Assembly: GCA_035084275.1 (NCBI GenBank)
Contig: CM068771.1
Span: 496,001 to 560,000 of the forward strand
Reading direction: 5' to 3'
DNA: 64,000 nt
From: Hydrolagus colliei
Lineage: Eukaryota
Shown: in pieces, positions 35,159-45,429 of the stretch
Numbering within the stretch: the stretch's first letter is position 1
How the letters are laid out: every line of letters starts with the position of its first letter
Notes under the pieces: model-generated
Database searches by the model: none
What the model saw: only the letters and a program-made list of their open reading frames with translations
Told to the model about the DNA's origin: nothing
Made by a program: the position numbers and the translations under genes

Positions 35159-35714
35159 ACTGTATAGACTCTTGACTATATTTATTAAGGCAAAATCTGG
35201 CTGCCAATTGTGCAGAGCAGCGTCCTATCAACAGTTCTGAATTAGGAGACAAGTCATACGTTAAAGGATTGTTATGCACAGACAACTATTTTTGTTTTCG
35301 CTCTTCAATTGATTGAAATTGACATTTTCTTTTGAATGACCTTGAATGGGATTCAAGAATGAACAGTCATGACCACTGTATTTTATCAAACATTTCACAG
35401 CATTATCAAGCATTTCACAGTTCGCTGTGCACTTAATTGATAGACCAGCATTTAGTTGCTCATTTCCTATTTACATGTGTTACCCAGCTAAATAAAACAA
35501 TGGTCATCCATCCTCTTTATAACATGGTGTTATCCAGAGAGAGATGGTTGGCTTCTCACACACAATTTATTATTTTTATTTAATATATTATCATTTCTAG
35601 TCTTCCCACAAAACCACGTTTTGTTCAGAATGGTGTGATTCTCTTTGTCGCAGTTGTTGGTTCGGATAATTTATTAATTGCGTAATGACAGTCCCTGCAG
35701 AGCTGACTCCCAGG

Positions 35715-35722
35715 TATAAAAA
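35715..35722 (+). promoter_or_regulatory. TATA box of GPCR copy A
   Basis: TATAAAAA 92 bp upstream of the ATG; identical in copy B. Confidence 0.7.
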
Positions 35723-35806
35723 GAGGAAGCTCTGAATGGTTCTGAGAGCAGGATCACATTCTTCAGCCGCAGAACAGTGTCAGCAGAATACAATACAGCT
35801 TTGACA

Positions 35807-35869
35807 ATGATGGAAATAATAGAAATAGAAAAGGTGTTTTACCCTACGCTGGAATCATTGGCTTTCCTG
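35807..35869 (+). pseudogene. GPR139-like GPCR copy A, coding exon 1 with a 1-bp deletion
   Basis: ATGATGGAAATA...CCTG|gtacgt; 63 nt versus 64 nt in copy B (ctggaatc versus ctgggaatc); splicing to exon 2 gives CGA TCG CGG TGA. Confidence 0.7.
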
Positions 35870-35930
35870 GTACGTTGTTGACGGAGCTGTGTGCGCCACT
35901 GATCCACACTACACCCGACAATGATGCTTC

Positions 35931-36065
35931 TTGTTGCCTCCCCTTCGTGTTTCGCCCCTTCCCAAACACTCCCCTCCCAGCTCGGGTCACACGCCTCTTG
36001 TTTAGCGCCTTGGGACGTCCTCCCGATGTGAAAGGCGCTATATAAATGTAAATTGTTGTTGTTGT
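35931..36065 (+). mobile_element. Short L2 3' end inserted in the intron of copy A
   Basis: Copy B has the empty site gcttcttgttctcagaaagt; A has the L2 stem-loop and (TTG)n at ttgtt. Confidence 0.85.
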
Positions 36066-36449
36066 TCCCAGAAAGTAAACTTCTCTGTTCACCAGTGTTA
36101 AGAGGACAAGTTTCAAATGAAGTAAAGAAAGTGAATGGCAGCATAAAAGGAACATCACCAATTAGAGTTATACTGTAAAACACAATATCCAATTCTGGTC
36201 TCCTTCTCTAAGGACCCATTTATCTATATTCCAAAGGGTAGTGTGAATGGCATGTAGACAAGTAACTGTAATTTGGCAGCTGAATTCTGAGTAAATACTC
36301 TGACAGATGCAACTGTAATTCATAATGGATAAGACCACACACTCTGCAACTCGCCTGGATGGTAAGATCAGGAGAATGGAGGTAATCTGACATTCCACAT
36401 TGAATTACTTGTCAAAAAGAGGCAGGAGTATTTAGAATGAGCAATGCAG

Positions 36450-36810
36450 GAACATGCTGTGAAGTCGTGTAACTTTTTGATTAGAGCATTCCTCGCAATT
36501 CGAGGAACTGGGCTCGATGCCCATTCAAGGCAAAAGGTTGAGAAATTTTCCACTCTCCTCACACCTTTCTTTGCAACTAGGTAAGGATCCGGTTGACAGT
36601 CGATTGGTGGATCGCTTCTTGGGGTATAATCATTCCTTGAAAAATAACCAAACACAGAGAATTTGTTCAATCATTCCACAAATTTGTATGCATCAATTCT
36701 ATGGCAATTGGCTGTCGAGTTGCCAAAAACGTATACAGGCAATTCACTTTAAGATATATCATGTGAAGAATTTTAATATATGATGAATGCAATGATCACT
36801 ACTATTCTCA
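36450..36810 (+). mobile_element. Old tRNA-derived SINE (counterpart at 50630-51000 on the minus strand)
   Basis: Degenerate A/B boxes (the B copy reads gtagctttgcggttagagc...ggctcgattccc) and an L2-like tail. Confidence 0.6.
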
Positions 36811-36954
36811 TTTGTATCTCAAACTCCTCATTACCGGGATGAATGATCCAGTGGGAATTAATTAATTAATCAATTAATTAACGAGTAATCACTTCAAGTT
36901 GTAATATGTTGGAGATCTGGAGGATAATCCATTTATTTCAATGATTTTCAACAA

Positions 36955-37255
36955 TGATAATCTTTGCATTTGACATAGCAATTTTACTGTTTTCTAGACA
37001 TCTCGAAGAACTTCACAAAATATAAACTGTAAAGTGAATTGACTGCTTATATGGTGGACAAAACACGGCATCCAATTATGCATGGCAGTGTTCCACAAAT
37101 TCAGGAGGATTGAATTGACCAATTCATTCCTTTCAGGAACATTATTTTAGGTATGTAGAGCAAGGAAAATGCTGTAGATTTTGCCGTGCCGTGAAGTGAA
37201 CCCATGTGTGCCATGTGGAAAGCAAGTTCTCTGAACTTGGAGCTGCAGGACTACT
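36955..37255 (-). mobile_element. Old tRNA-derived SINE (counterpart at about 50200-50500 on the plus strand)
   Basis: Tail aataatctttgcatttgacatagc, shared core ggattgaattgaccaatt and a degenerate tRNA head. Confidence 0.55.
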
Positions 37256-37280
37256 TAAGTAGAGAGAGGGCGACAGAGAG

Positions 37281-37700
37281 ACAACAACAACAACAACCAT
37301 TTACATTTATAGAGCGCCTTTCACGTCGGGAGGACGTCCCAAGGCGCTGAACAAGAGGCGTGTAACCCGAGCTGGGAGTGGAGTGTTTGGGAAGGGGTGA
37401 AACACGAAGGGGAGGTAAAAGAGTTCGGGGTGGAACAAAAGGCACGATCGAAGAGGAAAGTCTTCAAACCGGCCTTGAAAGAGGACAGGGAAGAGGCGAA
37501 ACGGAGGGATTGAGTGATGGCATTCCATAAGGTGGGAGCGGAGAAACTGAAGGCCCGGTCTCCGATGGTGGGGCGGTTCGGGCGGGGGGCTTGGAGCAGG
37601 CCAAGTCCTGTTGAACGGAGGGTCCGGGTTGGCGTGTAGGGGGAGAGTAGATCGGTTAGGTAGGATGGGGCAAGGCCGTGTAAGGCCTTCTAGGTGAGGA
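37281..37700 (-). mobile_element. Young L2 3' fragment
   Basis: Near-identical to 804-1230, with a (CAA)n tail on +. Confidence 0.9.
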
Positions 37701-38089
37701 CAGACAGAAAGATCGATATATAAGGGAGTGGAGTTGGCTACTGTACCATTGTTTCATGTGTCAGTAAGTAGTGGTGTGTGAGTTGACAGGGGCAAGAATG
37801 TCAAAAATGACTGATTCGAAGACAGTTGTGGTTAAAGTCACACAAGTTTATGACGAGTTCAGAACAGCATGTAGAAGGCGGATGGGAGGGTGGAGCTGTC
37901 AGAGAGGAAAGTGGAGGAAATTGGGGATGAGGGAATGTTGGTAGCTGCTGAGGGAGAGCCAGCAGCGCTTGCCACGATCACTTCAGTGGAGGATTCCAAG
38001 GAGGGAACATACGATTGCTGTGAAAACAAGATGGTGAGAAGATGCGGAAGTTGGTTGGAGACATTAACTGAGTTGAGCAATAAACTGTA

Positions 38090-38483
38090 CACGGCTTTGC
38101 CCCATCCTATCTTTCCGACCTACTCTCCCCCTACAAGCCCACCCGGACCCTCCGTTCAGCAGGACTTGGCTTGCTCCAAGCCCCCCGTCCGAACTACACC
38201 ACCATCGGAGGCCGGGCCTTCAGTTTTTCGGCTCCCACCCATTGGAACTCCATCCCCCAATCCCTCCGCCTTGTTTACTCCCTTTCCTCTTTCAAGGCCG
38301 GTTTGAAGACTCTCCTTTTCGACCATGCCTTCTGCTCCCCCACTAATTCTTCGACCTCCCCTACGTTTCTTACCGCCTCCCGAACACTCCCCTCCGAGCT
38401 CCGGTCACACGCCTCCTGTGCAGCGGCTTGGGACGTCCTCCCTACGTGAAAGGCGCTCTATAAGTGCAATTTGTTGTTGTTGT
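38090..38483 (+). mobile_element. L2 3' fragment (copy A arm only)
   Basis: QAPRPNYTTIGGRAFSFSAP...WDVLPT*; TGTA at 38086-38089 and 38484-38487; empty site in arm B near 49500. Confidence 0.85.
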
Positions 38484-39162
38484 TGTATGGAGTAGGAGAG
38501 GGCAAATAGTGTTAGGGGTTGGGTCAGGTGCTGCAGCCACATGCTCAATGTGAGACTTGGAGAAGAACAATTACAGAGGCATCGTTAGCCCACACGCGTT
38601 GAGACTGGGGGAGGCTCGATGAGACATTTCAAAGTGTAGGAAGAGGGAATTGTGGTCATGGCATTTCTGGAGCAAAGTCGGAGAGGAAGCTAGTGATGGA
38701 CAGAGAGTAAAGATGGTTACCAAGCTCAGATTTGCGTGCAGGGCAATGGCTCAGCTGTGTTTCCTTACACCACACACTCTTTAAACATCGCAATAAATTA
38801 CAGCGTGAAGTTTAGTCAATTTGTTACTTTCTTTCCACAGATAATTATCCTTCTCAATATGAATTGATACATGGTAGTTATTGGGACGTTGATTTCTGCA
38901 ACTACTGTTTCTGCATCCACAATATATACTGAAATTTCACTTTACAGAATATCTGGCACAGGTACAATGTGCTGAATGGCCTTCTATGCTGTAAATGTCT
39001 ATGTAACATTCTCTGACTACTCTGTGAAATGCATCTGTTTGAAATCTAGGATCAAAGTGATATGCACTAAGTAAATGCATGGAATATTATTATTGTTTGC
39101 TGCCAGGCACAATCAAGCTTTAGATAGTGAAATGTTTGATTGCATTTGTGACTTTCCTGCAG

Positions 39163-40052
39163 CGATCGCGGTGACCATTGTGGTCCTGGCCCAGGGAAAG
39201 TGTGGACTCTCCAAATGTGTCACCCGCTACCTGGTCGCAATGGCTGTTGCTGATCTGCTGGTCATATTCATTGGTGTGATCCTGAGGAAGACATTTCAGC
39301 TCCACCTGCCATACTTTGCTTTGTTCCAGACCCCCATGTGCCGAGTACACATTGTGCTGCGCTTCATCGTCACTGAAGCCTCTGTCTGGCTGACCATGGC
39401 CTTCACCTTTGACCGCTTCATTGCCATCTGCTGCCCAAAGCTCAAAACCAAATACTGCACTGAGAGGACAGCGGGCCTGGTGATCTGGACAATCTATGTA
39501 CTTTTAAGCGCCAAAAATATCCCCATTTATTTTATGTACCAACCGCTGATGGTGATCAATGGGCAGCCCTGGTTCTGCAGCATCAAGCCCATCTGTGGAA
39601 CCGCTATTGGCTGGAGGGTGTTTTCCTTTATTCATATGATTGTAAATCCAATACGTCCCTTCATCGTCATCCTCCTCTTCAACTCTCTGACCATCAGGCA
39701 GGTTCTCGTGGCCAGCGCTGTGCGCCAGCGTCTGCGGGGATCCGTGAAGGGGAGGGACGAGGAGATGGAGAGTCGTCAGAAATCTCTTATCTTGCTCTTT
39801 ACCATCTCGGGGACCTTTGTGTTGCTGTGGCTCACCTACTTGGTCACCTACATGTTTGCAGTGTTGACAAAGGCCAAACTCGATCAGTCTGACTACAGCA
39901 GCCCTTTCACCATCGCTGAGCATGTGGGTTACATACTGCAGTTCCTCAGCTCCTGCTCCAACACCGTCATCTATGGTGTGACCCAGACCCAATTCAGGCA
40001 GAGCCTGAAATCCATCTTCATTTATCCCATCACTCGCTTACTGGGCCACTAA
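39163..40052 (+). CDS. GPR139-like class A GPCR copy A, exon 2 (TM1 end to C-terminus; gene possibly pseudogenised)
   Basis: Acceptor ctgcag|CG; YLVAMAVADLL (TM2), FTFDRFIAICCP (TM3), SNTVIY (TM7); exon is open to TAA. Confidence 0.88.
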
Positions 40053-40258
40053 TATAACCATGTGTAGCTTTTTTGCTCTCTTTGGTCTTGACAACATTAC
40101 ACTTGCGCACAGATCTACGCTATCTTAGAAATTGTACGGTATATCTTTAAAATAATAATTTTTGTATTAAAAATAGCTGTTGGAAAATGCCTGATATTGT
40201 TTCACAAGAGATTTTGTGCAGTTAGATATCTTTCAGTCAACTCGGATCATTGATGTTC

Positions 40259-40264
40259 AATAAA
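40259..40264 (+). terminator. Poly(A) signal of GPCR copy A
   Basis: AATAAA in a block conserved in B (47706-47711), C (63078-63083) and the relic (43607-43612). Confidence 0.65.
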
Positions 40265-40639
40265 ACTAAAGATGTTAAATTAACTGAGGGAAATAAAATT
40301 ACAGAATTGGAAAGAAGAAATAATTGAATTGGATTTGCTATAATAGAATTGGACATGCGATAGTATCTAGATAATTTTGGCTGATCAAACTGAGAAACGT
40401 ACAACAATAATTGGATATGTTTTATGGATCCCAAAATGGACATTGAATAGGATATTTCTCTCCTATCTCTTCTGTAGCATTTGCTTATATTACATAAATC
40501 ATTGTGAACTGTACGTAGATACATAAGGAATACTGTTATGTAATCTGTTAGTTACGAATCACTACTGCTCACATGAATTACTAAATTGTTCCAACTTCGC
40601 AAAACATTTCTGTCAGTCCTTCATTTATCGCGGGACCAC

Positions 40640-41580
40640 AAAAACAACAACATAGTTGCACTTATAGAGCGGCTTTCACGTTGGGAGAATGGGGTGGGGG
40701 GGTGGGGGAGTAGGGGAAGGAGAGTGGGGGAGAGGGAAGAGTTAGTGGGGCAGCCAAAGGCACGGTTGAAGAGGAAGATCTTGAGACCGGCCTTGAAGAA
40801 GGAAAGGGAGGAAGCGAGGCAGAGGGCTGCGGGATGGAGTTCCACAGTGTGGGAGCAGAGAGGTTAAAAGCCCGGCCGCTGATGTTTGGGCAGTTTGGGT
40901 GGTGGACGCGGAGCATGCCTGAGTCTACTGAGCGGAGGCTGCGGTCAGGCTGACAGGGAGACAGTAGGTCAGAGAGATAGGTAAGGGCAAGGCCGTGAAT
41001 GGCCTTGAAAGTGAGGACGAGGATCTTGAATTTGATCCTCTGGGGGATGAGAAGCCAGTGGAGATGGGCAAGGGTGGGAGTGATGTGGGCTCGAAGCCTG
41101 GTACGGGAGCATTCATGAGCTGTAGAATTCTGAGTGATCTGCAGCCTGTGAACAACAACAACAAGATTGCACTTTTATAGCGCCTTTCACGTCGGGAGGA
41201 CATCGCAAAGCACTGTGAAGGGAGGAGCTGGGAAGGCCAATGAGGAAAGAGTTCCCAAAGTCGAGCTTGGAAGTGATAATGGCGTTAATGAGTGTTTTGG
41301 CGGCTTACTGGATGAGGAAGTGGCAGAGTCTGGCAATATGGCAGAGGTGATGGAAGGCTGTGCCGGTCATGGAGCGGATGTGTGGGAGGAAGGATAGTTC
41401 GAGGTCGAAAAAGATGCCCAGATTCCTGATTGGCTTCGACAGGTGGAGAGAGCAGCCTTGAACACTGATGTTGTCAGCGCCTAAGTGGAGGCACTGATGT
41501 GAGCCAATCAGGAGGGCATCTGTCTTGTTGATATAGAGCTGTAAGAAATTTGTCCTCGTCCAGGACTCAACGTCGGACAC
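40640..41580 (-). mobile_element. L2 with a second L2 3' end nested at about 41150
   Basis: SDVESWTRTNFLQLYINKTDALLIG...; two (CAA)n tails; homologous to 45430-46845 in the inverted arm. Confidence 0.8.
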
Positions 41581-41749
41581 AAATCTAAATGAACGCTTAC
41601 AATCGATGCCTGGAACTCCGTCTTGCCCACTTTAACTCCAACCACTCAGACTGACTGACTCCTTATCAACCTGTACACTACCTCTGTAATGCAGGCTTCG
41701 GGTCTGCTCTACATTTCCCAACTGAAACCTCTTTCATCCATGGCCTTGC

Positions 41750-42000
41750 TTCAACAACAACAAAAAAACAACAACAACAATTTCAATTTATATAGCGCCC
41801 TCCGCGCCGGACGGCATCTCAGAGCGCTTCACAATAGCGGATCCTGGGACCGTGCCAGGGGCAGGGCTAGAAAGGTGACCAAAGGCGCAGTCGAAGAGAA
41901 AGGCCTTCAGCTTGGACATGAAACTGAGAAAAGAGGGGTAAGTGAAGGTAGTGAGGAAGGGAATTCCGGAGCCTTGGAGCATAGTGGCTGAAGGCACGGC
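41750..42000 (-). mobile_element. L2 3' end of a different subfamily
   Basis: aacaacaacaatttcaatttatatagcgcc...agagcgcttcacaa; SKLKAFLFDCAF. Confidence 0.65.
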
Positions 42001-42198
42001 CGCTGAGGGTGGAGCAGGTGAAGCTGCAGCCTCTTTGTCCTTTCATTTTGGAAATCCATCCCACAATCCTTTCACCTTGCTCCCTCTCTTATCTCCTTCA
42101 AAGCGGGTTTCAAGAACCTGCTGCTCAACTGCTGCTTCAGTTGTTCTCCTACCTCTCTGCACTTCCTCATTCCAACCCTGTAACATAGTGCTATTCAG

Positions 42199-43403
42199 TA
42201 GGGTCCGCCGATATATCGCTAAAACCCGATATAATTGACAGATCGATTCGCCGATATAGGCATTTCAAAAATATCGATATATCGAGAAATTGGAATGCGC
42301 GCACACTGAACTACAAGACCCAGAATGCTCGTCTCTATACACAATGCACAGATGGAGGTGCAAAGCTGCCATATTGTATTCATAGTCCTCGAATCTATAG
42401 GTATGCAAGGGGTGGGGGGGGGGGGGGGGGGGTGAAGAGAAGGCTATGGCGGGTGTAGGGGCAGAGAGACGGCTTGGGTGTGGGGGTGAGGGGGAGAGAG
42501 ACGGCTGGGGGGGGTGAGGGGGAGAGAGACGGCTGGGGGGGGAGGGAGGAGAGAGAGAGACGGCTGGGGGGGTAGGGGGAAAGAGACGGCTGTGGGGGTC
42601 GGGGGGGAGAGGGACGGCGGGGGGGGGGGGGGAGGAAGAGAGAGACGGCTGGGTGGGGGGGGGGGGGTGGAGTGGTAGAGAGACGGCCTGGGGGGGCGGT
42701 GGGGGTGGAGAGAGACGGCTGTGTGTGGGTGGGTGGGGAGAGAGATAGCTGGGGGGGGGGGATGTAGGAGGGAGAGAGAGACGGCTGGCGGTGGGGGGGG
42801 GGGGAGGGAGAGAAAGTCGGCTGGGTGGGGTGGGGGGGAAGAGAGACGGCCTGGGAGGGGTGGGGGGGGGGGAGAGAGACGGCCTGGGAGGGGTGGGGGG
42901 TGGTGGGGGGAGAGAGACAGCCTGGGAGGGTTGGGGGGGGGGGAGAGAGACGGCTGGGGAGGGTGGGAGGGAGAGAGAGACGGGTGGGGTGGGACGGTGG
43001 GGAGAGAGACGGCGTGGTTGGGGAGAGAGACGACGGTGGGGGGGGAGAGACGGGGTGGATGTGATAATATACAGATAGATAAAGATGGTGGGGATGTGAG
43101 AGAGACACAGAGACACAGACAGAAAAACAGAGAGATGGAGAGAGTGAGAGACACAGAGAGAGATAATTACCTCCTGAGGAGATAGGCCCCGAATGCGCGC
43201 GCACACGGAACGCACGCGCACACTGAGCGCGCGCGCACCCGGGACCGCGCCCACACCCAAATGCGCATGCGCGCGCACTCCGAATGCGCACTATGCACGA
43301 AAAACCCGGAAATATCGAAAGTTCCTCTCTTTTTGAAAATGTTTGTGTTGGCATATCGATACGATAATTGTATCGGATATAATCGATATATCGCCGGACC
43401 CTG
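42199..43403. mobile_element. Non-autonomous DNA transposon (hAT-like TIRs) with internal G-rich minisatellite
   Basis: Left end TAGGGTCCGCCGATATATCG; right end reverse complement CAGGGTCCGGCGATATATCG; repeated CGATAT subterminal motifs; no TSD. Confidence 0.75.
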
Positions 43404-43408
43404 GTGCG

Positions 43409-43424
43409 CCCTAACCCTAACCCT
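43409..43424 (-). repeat. Short interstitial telomeric repeat (CCCTAA)2CCCT
   Basis: ccctaaccctaaccct between the transposon end and the GPCR relic. Confidence 0.75.
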
Positions 43425-43900
43425 GCTCCAACACTGTCATCTATGTTGTGACGCAGACCCAAATCAGGCAGTGCCCAAAATCCATCTTTTTGAAATAATA
43501 AAAGATTTTACATTGAATGTAAAGCTGTTTGAAAATGTCTGGTATCGTTTGACAAGAGATTTTTTGCAGCTAGATATCTGTCACTCAATGCAGACATGTG
43601 ATGTTCAATAAAACTAAATACATCGGAGCTCCTCAGGTTTTATGTGCTGTACACACAAGAAGAAGCCTCTGTAAGATGCTGTAATTAAACTGTTTAATTT
43701 CAGCAGATTACCATCCAATAGGGAATGGGAGGCAGTGGAGCTGGGCGAATGTGGGGCTGTTCGGGTCACTGAGCTTCATGCAGCAAAACATATTAGATGC
43801 AGAATGCAGCATAATCTGCGTCTTGTAGAGACTAGAGTTACAATGACCAATAAGATTGGAGTTGGCACAGGAAAGCCTAATTAGGTCAGAAGGTTGCCAG
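43422..43900 (+). pseudogene. Relic fourth GPR139-like copy (TM7/C-terminus, 3'UTR and downstream flank only)
   Basis: cctgctccaacactgtcatctatgttgtgacgcagacccaaatcaggcag matches SCSNTVIYGVTQTQFRQ; downstream sequence matches the copy C flank (62760-63200) inverted. Confidence 0.8.
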
Positions 43901-44519
43901 TGGTAGGTTTGTTGTTGATGGTTTGTGAGTAGATGGGGAAGGAGGTGAAGCTGGCAGCTAAAGAGGGGATAAGAAGGGGTTGACTGAGCAGTTGCTTATT
44001 TCAAAGCTGGTGATTTTTAAAAATATATCAGATATATATTTTTTATTTGAAACTTATATTTTATGACAACACATTCCATCCCCACTGTAACAAATGCGCA
44101 ACAGCCGTCTGTATACTCTCACACACAAAATGCCAAAACAAAAATTTCCACCAGCTTTAGACAGATACAATTCTGTTCGCGTTACAAACATAGACGCCTA
44201 TTATACAATTTCCAATCGCCTTGTCCATTAGAGATTGGTTCCAGACGATATACTCAGTATAAGTCAAAAGCATTGACTTTTGACTTAAGTATGGTAAGTC
44301 AAAAGTACCATACAATATTTTCTATTCTTCATCCTTCACAACTATCATTTCAAGTACATTTGGTGCCAACCTGGCTACATTCAGTTCTGTTGTACAAACA
44401 GGACTGGTTGTTGCTATTCTGCAAGCTTCTCATGTTTATACCTAAATTTCCAATGCTATACTATGTATGATACATACAGATTTACCTAATAAACATGAAA
44501 TAAACCTAATGGTTCATCT

Positions 44520-45400
44520 ACCAAACCCAGGAAGTTTTTTTTCAGGATGAGGATGATGAAAACTATTTATTGAGAGCTGGGAAAAATTGAGGTGTTTAAG
44601 GAGAGTTTGATTATGTTGGAAAGGAGGATTTGTGGGATAGACAGGAGGGTGGTAGTGAGTAAGGTTCTCAAAGGAGTGGAAGGATCTGGAGGCATCAGGG
44701 TAAAGGCCGAGGGGAAAACTCGAGAGGAGAGCCACACCTGTAGAATGGTGGTGGTATGATGAAAGATGTAGCCATGTGTTGTGTCCTCGATCAGGGGGAA
44801 GGTGTCGATTGGGATGACCCAGGTTTCCGTGAGGGTGAAGTGTTGATGATTTCCTTGATTGTGAGAACTAACCTTGTGCCGTTCACTATCAACAAGAGTG
44901 AGGCCCTGCTGCTTGACTTTCATCAGTATCTACATACTCTGGACAATTACTCCAGACCCTATATCCTATCTATATTTGGAAGCACTCTACAACTCACTGA
45001 TCCAATCCAGCACCTCAACAACCGGTTCACACCTCAACACTTCCTAACACGTATCGATCCCATTCCACCTTTCCACACCTTTGCTTGGATTTCCCATTGG
45101 CACTTCAGGCTGCAAAGAATTCCAAACACATATTCGTAACATCCGCAATTGATTATGCAAACTCCCTGCTTGTTGCACTCCCCAACACCTCCCTCTATCA
45201 GTGGCATATAATCCAGAGCTCTGCAGTGTATCTTCTCCAGCACCAAACAATGCCACCCTATCACCTGCACCCACGTCTGACTCCACTGACTTGTCATTAC
45301 ACATAGGATAATAATAATCACAATAATAATCCTTGCATTTGATATAGCGCTTTTCATAACTTATTGACATCTCAAAGCACTACACATAGTATGGTCAATC
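44520..45400. mobile_element. Highly degenerate L2 pieces and a SINE-type tail
   Basis: IDYANSLLVALPNTSLYQWHIIQSSA (45085-45306); tail at 45320-45390. Confidence 0.5.
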
Positions 45401-45429
45401 AATTGATTGTATGTATGTTGGCAAAACAT

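Noticed and set aside
39075-39162. MHGILLLF... N-terminus of the 325-aa ORF as the true GPCR start
   Set aside because: Lies upstream of a conserved splice acceptor; the equivalent region in copy B is out of frame; a real exon 1 with TATA exists 3.3 kb upstream
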